From the human T2T-CHM13v2.0 reference genome, Homo sapiens, in the NCBI RefSeq assembly GCF_009914755.1, contig NC_060926.1: a stretch of DNA of 64,000 bases. One strand, given 5' to 3'. The notes under the pieces were generated by a model. It had not been told where the DNA came from. It saw nothing but the letters and a program-made list of their open reading frames with translations, and did not search any database. How positions within the stretch are numbered: the stretch's first letter is position 1; each line of letters begins with the position of its first letter. Below, in pieces: positions 53,485-64,000 of this stretch. The translations under genes and the position numbers were made by a program.

Positions 53485-54469
53485 GACCCTATTCATTTCC
53501 TTTCTTCCCTTTTCTGATCATTTTTATGACAAAATATAGCAAAATGGAAAAACTGCGTAAGCAATGCTGGTTTTATGAAACATCAGCGTTCACCTACGTT
53601 TGCTTCAGACTTTCTTTTAAGGAATAAAATATATGAAAGGCAGGGAGGAGAGCTAAGTCAGCAAACTCGCAAACTCGGAGAAAAGAGAACGGGGCCTGGC
53701 TTCTTGAAGAAGACTCAGCTGGCGGGCTCCCTGCTGTGGGCACTGGGGGCTACGGGTCCGGCTCTCACAAGCACGGCGGTGCTAAATGCTTTCCTGAACA
53801 CACAGTCTCGTGAATGACTGTCAGGTTGCGGTTCCCTCTTCCGCGTTCATGGCTGTGATTGGCACGCGGTTCTCCTGGGACCAGTGCCCTGCAGTGACTT
53901 CCTAGAGTGCCTCAGGTGAGCGGGCCCGTGCTTTCCAGGGATAAACACAACTTTGTTCTTCTAAGTTACACAGTCAGCACCCATGGGTGAACCCATCGGG
54001 GAAGGCATACACTTGTATAATGTAGAAGAACAAAGTTGCATTTATCTCCAGGAAGGGATAAAGTTAGAAAAACAAAATAGCATCAACAACGACCATGTTA
54101 TTTAGAATGCTGGTGTCTATATTTGTAGGTGAAACTGGTCTCTCTCATATTCTTTCTGTTTGGTCAAACAGAGACATTTTAGCTTGAACAAATAAGCACA
54201 GGGAATAAGTAACTGCACAGCGTTGCATCTTGGAAGCTGGGTTATTGCCTACGTCTCGCCTCATTTATCCCTGTGTGGGGGGCCTGGGTGGGACCCCTGC
54301 TTATAAGATGTGCTGCTGTCACCCAAGGTCCCATGTAGAAACAGGGTCCCACCACAGGCGCTGGGCAGAGGCCTGACCCGCTGCTGGCTTTAGCGCATCC
54401 CCCTCCATTTCTAATTTCTCACAGATGGAGGGAGGGGGCAGCATTGTAAACGTCTGGTGTTAATCTCTT

Positions 54470-54512
54470 TAAAAACCGAACATAAAACAACTTTTAAGGG
54501 ATTTTTTTTATT
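54470..54512 (-). terminator. Candidate intronic polyadenylation site
   Basis: Minus-strand AATAAA at 54512-54507, followed about 15 nt later by the GU/U-rich GTTGTTTTATGTTCGGTTTTT. Confidence 0.5.
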
Positions 54513-57500
54513 AACTTCAAAAACATGACATGCCCGCATTTCCACTCCTCATTCAGTTCCCAAAGAACATTCATGGCTCCTGCTGTGTGCCAGGTGCTGT
54601 GGGAACGGGCCCAGGGCAGCCGCTGGGGCGCCGAGGAGCACAGGAGCTGATGGCAGGCCCAGGGGAAGGGCCCACAGTGGGCTGCGTCTCACCGAGGGCA
54701 GGGGCTGCCTGAGCAAGGACCCAGAGGTCTGGGTGCAGGTGGAGGGTCATGGGGACGGGGGAGCCCAGAGACCAGCCTGCCATCTGCAATCCTAGAGTGT
54801 CACTCAGGCTTGGGGCCGGGAGAGCAGCCAAGGGCGCAAGGGGAAGCAGCAGCAACTCTGGTGCTGGGGAGGACCCAGCTTCTCAGGACAAAGTGGGGAA
54901 GGCGGGGCAGGCTCTGCACACCCAAGGTTGGCTGGCCGAGTGGAATTTTCTTTCTTCAAACTTTTCTCAGATTCCCCTGAATCTGGAATCACAGGACATC
55001 TTAAAAGGAAACCCAAGTTCATGTTTGCTCCAAAGCATCTAATAGAGATGACACTAACATGATCTTGATGCAAATGCCACCGAAGCTATTTCATCAGGGT
55101 CAGAGGCAAAATTCAGTGTACTGAAATTCCCATCACAACGCAGGCACCTGGCCAGATCTGAGCCCGGGGTGGTCAATGCTGATGTGGGCCAAGGGCCCCC
55201 ACCACCTGGGAGTTTTCAGAAATGGAAAATGATCACAAGGTTCCTCACAGGGATGCCGGCCAGCATTCATCATTGAGCGTGGAGGAGATGCGCTCACTTG
55301 GATGCCAAGGAGGACAGGCAGCGCCCTCTGAAGGTAAGAATTGCTCCCTGGATGTAGCCTCATCTGGATAACCTACACAACTCATCTTTCCATCCAGTCT
55401 ACTCAAGAGCTATTAATGCTTTAATTCCTAAGGCATTCATTCTTTAATCTGTTCCTTAAGCTGTTTTCTTGGAGATTTGTACAAGTTCTGCAAATTAATT
55501 CAAATTTCATCTTAAAAGGAATTTGTCAACTGGACTGAGAGACAATCAAAACAGTCAGACACGGAACATGCTGAGCGCCACGCTGCTGCCGGGGAATTCT
55601 CTTCTGAAGCTTGGGTGACACTCCTGCCCGCCTCACAGGCACACAGCTGAACCTCCTGTGCGTGCATCACCTGAACGGTCACAGCTCGACCCAAGTCTGC
55701 TCTTAAATTCCACCACCTGTGAAACAGCCAGCGAGCAGCCTGGCCCAGCACTCCCCACTCCCAAAAGACAGGACCCTATGGGGGAAGAAACTGCTGCCCA
55801 AATCTTCTGAATGTCGCTTACAAACTCCTTTTTCTGCTAAAACCTTCCATTCTGTGACAGCACAGAGAGGATGATGCAGACTGCAGCTGGGAAGCTGCTT
55901 CCTACTCCTCCAGGCCCCTGCTGGGTCACCCTAGAGCTGCCAAGGCCAGCAACTGAGGAGGAGGAGGGCAGGCAGGCAGGGCTCCTTCCAGCCACTCCAG
56001 CTTCTCCAGCAGTTTAGCGCATGCTGGAAGGTGCTGGCGCTGATCCGCCCCTGGCAGTGCTGGTGAGAGAGGCAAGTTACTCCTCGCAGATCTGTGTCTC
56101 CAGCTCGGTGCGCGTCTCCCTATGGACATGGAAGAGTGCGGGTCCCCTGAGGAGCAGGGAGGCGAGGGGCCCTGCAGAGCAGCCACCTTCTGCTGAGAAG
56201 GAGCCTGGACTCACTGGCACAGTGCAGCCAGAGGGGGCTTCGGTGGGCACCGAGGCTGGGGAGTCGGGCTCACCAATGCGCAGAATGCTGTCGCTGTTCT
56301 CGCTACGGCACCTCCTGCATTTTCACTCATTGTGGGGAAGGGATGTTCACACTGCCTTGGTTTACCGGACTGCCACGTGAAACTCCACTATCTGCTAAAG
56401 TAAGCTAAGAGCAGAGCAGAGAAAATCAACAGCAGCACACGCCGCCTGCATCCCATGCGCACCTCCGGCCACGGCCATTGCTCACCTCTGAAGACAATGC
56501 TGCATTTATGTTGGATTCAATAACACAAATGGAGCGTTCACAGGGCAAGGAGACCCACCCCAGGGCTCCTGAGGGCTTCCTAATGAGGATCCTGGGAGCC
56601 GGGTGGGTGGGGATGAGGCCCAAGCTGTCCCAGGCCCGGCCCCACACACCAGCTGCAGAGATGAGAACCACAATCGCATTCACGCATTCGTGCGCCTACG
56701 GCTGTGTCAGACGTGACTTGTGCTATTTCTGTATCAAAAACCATTCAAAATGCCACGAGTTCCCAACAGAAGCTGCTAGTGCTTTTGACCCAAAGCACCC
56801 TGAAGAAAACAATAAAACCTTCTCTCCTTAAAGAATGCAGCATCAAAACAAAAAAGTCTGTATTCTCATGAATATTCTACGGTACAGCAGAAAACGGCTT
56901 TTATAGGTTGTGCCTTGAGAAACATATTAAGACAATCAGACTCCTGACGTCAGTGAGAGCACAAAGGCCGCATTCAGAGTCCAATGGGAGACGGTCAGTG
57001 TGCTGTGAATGAATTCTCAATCACAAACAGAAAAACCTGTTAGTCTCTCTCTCTCGCTCTTTTAAAATAAATGTTCATAAAGAAGCATACTGATTTTCCA
57101 CGACATGCTTAGGTCCTCTTCTCAGGACGCGATTTCATGCCATCATACAGATATGGAAGAAAAAGAGGCACTATTCTTTAGGTAACACAGTCAATGTTTA
57201 GGGTCTCTTCAAGTAAAGAATGACTCATTCAAATCAAGGGAAAAATAATAGATATTTCAACTATGTAACCATGATTTCCTCTTACACTGATATTTTGCCT
57301 CTATGTGGGGGTGGGGGGAAGAGAGAGGATGGGACAGAAGAGGAGGGAGACAGCACATCAGAAATGCATGACTTAGCTACAATGTCCTTCATCCTTTATT
57401 TATTGTGCAGTGTGCCATCCATGCTGAAGAACAAGTATGTTTAGTAAAAGAACAGTAATGAAACCAGCACCAGTGCATCCTCCGCTTCAATGAGGCCCAA

Positions 57501-58249
57501 ACGTCACCCTCTGCGTCCCTTCAAACCACATGCACCCCCTACCCCGTGAGCAACATCCTGACCTTGTTAAGTGTCCTCTTGCTTTGCTATGATAATAACA
57601 TCTGCATATATGTGGCCCTGAAAACACGTCCTTTGCTTTCTGAAGACTGAAGGCAGCAACACCAGTGCAGTGGAAGGAGGAGTTGACGATGGTTCCCGGG
57701 ACAGGACAGTCTCGAGTCCGAGTCTGCCGTCAGCTTCTGGGACAGGGGACCAGAGCTTCTTCTGGGGTGAAGCCACGGGTGACCCCCAGGAAACCAAGTA
57801 CACCCCGTCTAACATCTGGCAGGGCAGTCATGTGGACCAGAACCAGGTGCCAGAAGGTGTGGTCTGGGGGGTGAGCTGCCCTCCATGGTGGCCACCTCCA
57901 GCTCTCAGGTGGGAGCTGGGCAGAAGACCCCCTTGGAGAAATGAGTGACCTCGGGGAATCGAGGCAGTGGGGCAAGGAAGAGAGAGTGGGGCCATGTGGT
58001 CAACAGAGGTCAGGCACAGACAAGCGGCTGAGTGTTGCATCCTCAGGTTTAGGCAGCGAGGCAGGCAGTCTGGTGAGGCCGGCCCAGACGCTGCCTCCGA
58101 AGCTGTGCCACTCACCCCGGGCAGGCGCTCCGTCTGTCTGCACTGCTGCTGGCCTGGACGGGTCCAACTCCTCCAGGGGATTCCCTCTGTCTCTGCCCTA
58201 CCTTAAGTCTCCCGCTTCCTTTGTCCCAGCCATCGTCTTCCTTGGTTTA

Positions 58250-58995
58250 TTTTCTCACTCTGCAGAACTCAGGCTCCAGCTGTGTCTTAAAAAGGGAGGC
58301 ATGAGAGTAAGTTCTGCACATCTGAAAACGTGTCGATTCTCCCCTTCACGCGTCCTGACTTTGGCTGGGTATAGAATTCCAGCTTGAAGACCATCCTTCG
58401 CCTTCGGGATTCTGAAGGCGCAACTCTGTTGTCTTCCTCTCCCAGTATTGTCAGGAAAATGGGCGCCACGTGATGCTGCACCTTGAGTGTGACTCGATGT
58501 CTCTCTCCGGGTATCTATAAGGTCTTCTCCAGGCCCCCAGCGTTCCGAAATTTCGAAGCCGTGTGGTTTGGTGAAGACCTTTCACACCCACTGCTGGGCG
58601 CCTGGCTGGTCCTTTGGAGACGGCAGCTCCCGTGCTCCCATCGTAGGGGGCTCCCTGAAGCACTTCATCAAGGGTTCCCCTTTCCCATTCTCTCCTTCTG
58701 GAACTTCTACCCCTTGAGTAGGAGATCTCCCAGAACAATACTGGGTCTTTTCCATCCTCCCTGTTTTCCTTGTCTTTGTCTTACACGCTTCTTCATGTGT
58801 GATTTCCTTAAATGTATATTCTAACCTTTTAAATGAGGTTTCATGATTTTTGCTATTTTGTTTCTAACTGACAAATAAAACAGCCATTTTCAGAGGACAA
58901 TGGACCCTGGATATTCTTTTTTTAAAATGTCATCCTGTTCATATTTCCTAGATAAAATATCTTGTCTAGTCTCTGAAGATAGTAATGATAGCTCA
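58250..58995 (-). mobile_element. Decayed L1M ORF1-region fragment
   Basis: ttggctgggtatagaattccagcttga resembles antisense L1 ORF1 C-terminal sequence. Confidence 0.55.
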
Positions 58996-59000
58996 CTAAA

Positions 59001-59004
<4 letters not shown>

Positions 59005-59044
<40 letters not shown>
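59005..59044. repeat. (TG)20 microsatellite at the Alu tail position
   Basis: Counted directly. Confidence 0.97.
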
Positions 59045-59047
<3 letters not shown>

Positions 59048-59305
59048 AGTGTCACCCAGGCTGGACTGCAGTGGTGCGATCTTGGCTCAATACAACCTCC
59101 ACCTCCCGGATTCAAATGATTCTCGTGCCTTGCCTCCCGAGTAGCTGGGATTACAGGTGTGCACCACCATGCCCAGCTAATTTCTCTCCCTCCCTCCCTT
59201 CCTTCCATGTTGGCCAGGCTGGTCTCAAACTCCTGACCTCAGGTGATCCTCTCGCTGTTGCCTCCCAAAGTGCTGGGATTACAGGCCTGAGCCACCAAGC
59301 CTGGT
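59045..59305 (-). mobile_element. AluS, with the central linker replaced by ctccctcccttcctt
   Basis: gtcacccaggctgg...ctcctgacctcaggtgatcc...ctgggattacagg. Confidence 0.92.
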
Positions 59306-60825
59306 GACAAGTTTTCTTTTCCCTGTGGAGTCTCTGTTTGCTCTCCACCGTCCCTGCAAAAGCCTCCCCTCAGGTGCCTGGTTGCCCCTGGTTATGTGTT
59401 GCCGAGTGTGAGTGGAGGCACGAAAACCACCTGCCAACTGTGGGCACAGTCTGGTTCTCAATGCCAGGCTTCATGGAGGGTGACTGGAGGTGGCATCATC
59501 AGGAACCCCCTGGCTCAGTGCCCAGAGAACCTTCCCCTAGGGCTGGCCTACTGTCCACGAGAGGCACCTCTCCATCCTGGGACTAGAGGGTGAGAGCTGG
59601 GCCTTCAGTGTACCAAGGGAGGGACCCCCTACTCAGTGTTTGCTGTGGACACAGTGACTAGCCCCCCGTTCTTGCTGCAGTACCCACATCCTCAGCTTGC
59701 TCCTGTCCCCATGCAGAGGCGCTCAGGATCATAGTCGCTGGAGAGCACCCCTTTGTGGCAGCGCAGCTTCCATCTGGTGAGTTCTCAGTGCTCCTCGTGG
59801 TTGGCTGAGATCTGTTTTTTGGGTCTGCTGAATCGCTGTGACTCTGTCACCTGCTGTCAGTTGCCAGGCTCTCATTCGTGTCGCCCCTCTTCTGTTCTCC
59901 CCATCTTTGTGAGCTTATGACCTTTCTCTGGAATATATATTTTTATGTTTCATGAGAAATTCCAAAAATACACAAAAGCATGAAGAATAGTGTAATCAAG
60001 CCGATCTCAGGTCCTCTGCTCATCCACCACTTCCCCACCTTCTAGATGACAGGGAAGCAGGCCCCAGTCGTCACTGCGAAGACTTCCAAATCAAATGCCA
60101 TCAACACACGCAAATAAATGGACAAGTCTGTAATATTATGAAGTAGCCAGAAAGTGTCCCCATAGTTTCATAAACACTTTTAAATATTTTGTTCAAATCA
60201 CGATCCAAATACATTGTAATTAGCTGATGTATCTTTTAAGACCCCTTCCCCTGACCTCCTGCTTCCTGCCCCCCACCCCGATAATTTATTAGCTGAAGAC
60301 ATCGGGTCATCTGCACTTTGCTGATTACACCCTGGTGCTGACGAGCAAGGCTCTGTCCCCCGTTCTTCTGAAAGCTGGGTGCTCACCGAGAGGCCTGGTC
60401 AGAGGCAGCTTAGACTTGCCAGCAAGGCCTAAGGCGAACCCCTGCTCTCTGGGTGGCTTTTTTGTGTTGCGAAGGCTCAAAATGATCACTGACTAGATTC
60501 TCTCATCAGGGTTAAAAACAGAGCTCTTCGAGTCCCATCAGCCCCTCTCCATGTGTTAGCAGGACCATTTCTCTAACGGGAAGGAATCCAAGATCAACTA
60601 TCTTGTTACTCTCACAAACAGCGCTTATGAGAAAGGCAGTGTCATGCTTGATTCTCTTCCTCGGTTTGCCCATGTCTGAAAATCCTGAGTGGGTCTCGTG
60701 GCAGCCTCCAAACTCGAGCAGTGAGGAGGGTGTGTTTTCCGGTCACTGTTTACGAATGCTCACAGTCCTGTCCTTGACGAGCAGGAGCCCCGTGGTTGGA
60801 TCGGGCGGCCCTCCAGACCCTGTGA

Positions 60826-61188
<363 letters not shown>

Positions 61189-62239
61189 CTCTTCCTGTAC
61201 ATTTCTTGACCCCTGTGTGGGTCCCTTTCTTGGGAAATAGTCTTAGAGACCACAGTCTGGAGACTGGGGTAAGCGCTGTTATTGGGTTGGGACTTACGAA
61301 CTATCGATCTTTACTGGCGTTTTTGTGAATTTCCTGAGGGACGGACATGCGTGTTTGACCTGCCATCCCTCCTCAGAGCTATGGAGAGCACCTCGCGCTG
61401 AAGCTGACATTCAAAGGCCTGAACGGTCATAACTGAGACCCATTCCAAACGCTGACTTACATGTGATGTCATTTTCCCCCAGTGTTCTTAACTGAATTGC
61501 AACTGTTGTATTTACCATGGTGGGGAGGGGCACGCACGCAAAGTAGAGACGAGGTAGAGAAAGTAGAAGTATTCTTTAAGGTAAAGATATAAAAATATTC
61601 TGTAGATAACATGTAACTTAAGTGGCCCTACCTTGGAGCTTCGTATGTAGGTGAGTTTTTATATGCCACTTCTGTTTCTCTCATTTAGATGGATATATGC
61701 AATGCCAAAGACAAAAGCTTATGTTAACAATCACTGTAAGTTAAATTATGCTTGAAAAATAAGAATAAAAAATATTATGGTGCAAGAAGAAGGTGCTTGG
61801 TATTGCTTTCCATTGAAATCAAAATGTAAAGAAATAAATGCAAAGAGAAGATACAGTGGTATTTATGGATGTGCACAGGGGAGGCTTTCTCTGTGTGGGG
61901 CTGGGCGGGAGAGAGACGCGTCACAGGCAGATTGCATTCGACGCCGTGCTCGGAGTGGCGTTCTCGGTGCAGAGTTCTAGCATGAAGGCAGCTGCAGCAC
62001 ATGGCCAGGCCTGGATGGCACTGCGCTTTAGCCTTCTAGAAAAGAAGGGAGGTGGAGCTCTTCAGGCTCCCTGAGAACTGCAGCAGAGGAGACTGCTCGC
62101 TCGAGCAGGAGGTGGGAGAGGGCCCACACAGGAAACTTCCCCTGCCTCCTTGTCCTCTTCACTACCGGGGAATCACAGGGCCTGGGGTGAACTCTGGCCC
62201 ACGGCCTTTAGTGCTGATGTATTAATTCATTTAAGGGAC

Positions 62240-62345
62240 ACCCCGCTTGACAGGTGTGGGAAACTGATGTACAGACAGTTTTAAGTGACTTGCCCAGGGC
62301 CACACACTAGTGCACAGCAAACCAGAACCCTGGCATCCTAACCTG
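62240..62345. mobile_element. MIR fragment
   Basis: acaggtgtgggaaactga...ttaagtgacttgcccagggccacac. Confidence 0.75.
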
Positions 62346-63684
62346 GCTGAACAGTGAGAGGAGGCTGGTCTTGCTGGAAACATCAGGGGCTGAAGGAGTG
62401 TTATGGGGAGCTCACAGGTCACCCAGGGGGGTGCCTCAGGCTGGGTGTGGTCAGCAACACAGGGATTTGGGAGCAATGAGAGGGCCTGGGTCCTAACCTG
62501 CCGTAGAGACCCAAGCATCCCTGAGGCCTCAGAACTTCTGCTCCGGAGTCGATGGTCTTCCAAAGCCAGCACTGGGGGCCTGCCCGACCCCTCGGCCTGC
62601 TCTGTGTGGCTTGGGCTTTGGTTTCATTCCTGACCAAAGGCCAGGCCCCCCTGTAATTACTATTCGCTGAGAGCCTACAGCCCACAGCTCTCCGTGAATA
62701 AAGTCACTTTTTCCTAAAAAGCTCCTGGGGCTGTGGCAGCAACCTAGATCTGCTCCCACAAAGCTGCTCAAGGCCGAGACGACAGCCCCAGAGGCACAGC
62801 CAGGCCCCACCTCCCTTCCCAACAGCACCAGAAAAACAGGTGACGAGAGGGGAAGCCCGGCCAAGCCCAGCCTGCTGAGCACAGAGATGGAAACGACACA
62901 TTCCTGAAACAGTATTTTCACTGCTAAAAATAAAAAGCTACAATTAATACCAGGTGTGCATTTTACTCCACTGTCTTTTTGTTTTTGTTTTTATGTAAAT
63001 CGGCTTTCACTTGCACCAAACTCAAAGCACCTTCCAAATCTACGTTTTCAAACTGCTTTCTTACTGGCAGAAAAAAAGTCTAAGTAGATGCATGCATAAT
63101 AAGGTATGAACTCAGCCCAAATCTGTGCCACTGAGAAGGGTGGTCCCTGCAGTTGGCAGGATCTTTCCCCAGCCTCCACCCCCCTGCAGGCATCTCCAGC
63201 ATCCCAGGGCTTCTCCGGGTCTGCTGGACCCGAGAACATTCTGATGGAGAAGGCGAGCGGGTGCTGCTGGAGGGCTGGCTGTCTCCATGCCCTCACCTCA
63301 TCCACGAACCTTGGAACCAGCCTGAGGGGACACTGGCGTAAGATGGGGACTACCTATAGTAGGAAGCTCTGCAGTCTCCAGTACCAGACTGCAGGATGGT
63401 ATTTGTCAGGAAAGCCTAATGAGAGTAATCTCCACCCAGAATCTCCTTTTAGGTTGTCTCACAGGACACTCAGATAGAAAGACCTGGTCTCTCCAAATTT
63501 CCAGTGTGGACTTAAGACACGAGAAGAAACAGGTAACACCTGGAGACAGGCAAAGTGGGGCAGTGGACGGGGCGTAGACTTGGGTGGGGTGTGAGTTCAG
63601 ACCCAGCGGGGTGACTCTGGAGAAGGTACCCTGGCCTCCATCTATCGGGGCGACAGCAGGATGTCTGCTTGTTGCAGGGCAACC

Positions 63685-63783
63685 GGAGCTCTGGGAGAAG
63701 GGCTGGCATGGGTGTGGCTGGTCTTCAACACAGGACTCTGGGAGAAGGGCTGGCATGGGTGTGGCTGGTCTTCATCACAGGGA
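63685..63783. repeat. Two-copy 47-bp tandem duplication
   Basis: ctctgggagaagggctggcatgggtgtggctggtcttca at 63689 and 63736. Confidence 0.9.
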
Positions 63784-64000
63784 CAGGATGCACCCTCCAC
63801 GCGGGAGGGGCGGTGGCAGGGCCACGCAACATGGAGAATCACCGTCCAGGAGAGACAAGGCAAGGCTTCCTCGATGGAGCTGTACCCCCTGACCTCATGA
63901 GCTCCACACACTTCTGGGACAAAACAGCAGGCCCAGAAAAAGCTTTTCATCACCCAGGGTGATAAACCCAGTGATCAGGATGCCACGAGTGTGTCCAGGA

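Overview
Mammalian, almost certainly human, genomic DNA from inside the HDAC4 gene (2q37.3), which runs on the minus strand. Six consecutive coding exons were located by translation and GT-AG boundaries: 51234-50990, 37763-37613, 25109-24989, 17960-17839, 5838-5707 and 919-807. They are called exons 4-9 here and encode about aa 32-326: the CtBP PxDL motif, Q-rich domain, MEF2-binding motif, S246 14-3-3 site, NLS and caspase site D289. Their phases chain correctly. Exon and residue numbering comes from my recollection of the reference transcript. The rest is intron, containing Alus (three with clear TSDs), a 4.3-kb decayed L1, MER1B, MER33, MLT1F, MIR/L2 pieces and an unusually high density of GC-rich minisatellites. 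Nearly all long ORFs in the track are repeat or antisense artefacts, and there is no CRISPR or other prokaryotic system. The most interesting signals are untested RNA-processing hypotheses. (i) Back-splicing exon 5 to exon 4 would create a strong-Kozak ATG at the junction of a 396-nt stop-free circle. (ii) Several candidate cryptic or poison exons sit beside long UG-rich tracts. (iii) Two RNA-level routes would give a protein almost identical to the known HDAC4-NT fragment. (iv) There is a 15-nt AG|GT micro-exon or recursive-site candidate. None of these is demonstrated by the sequence alone.
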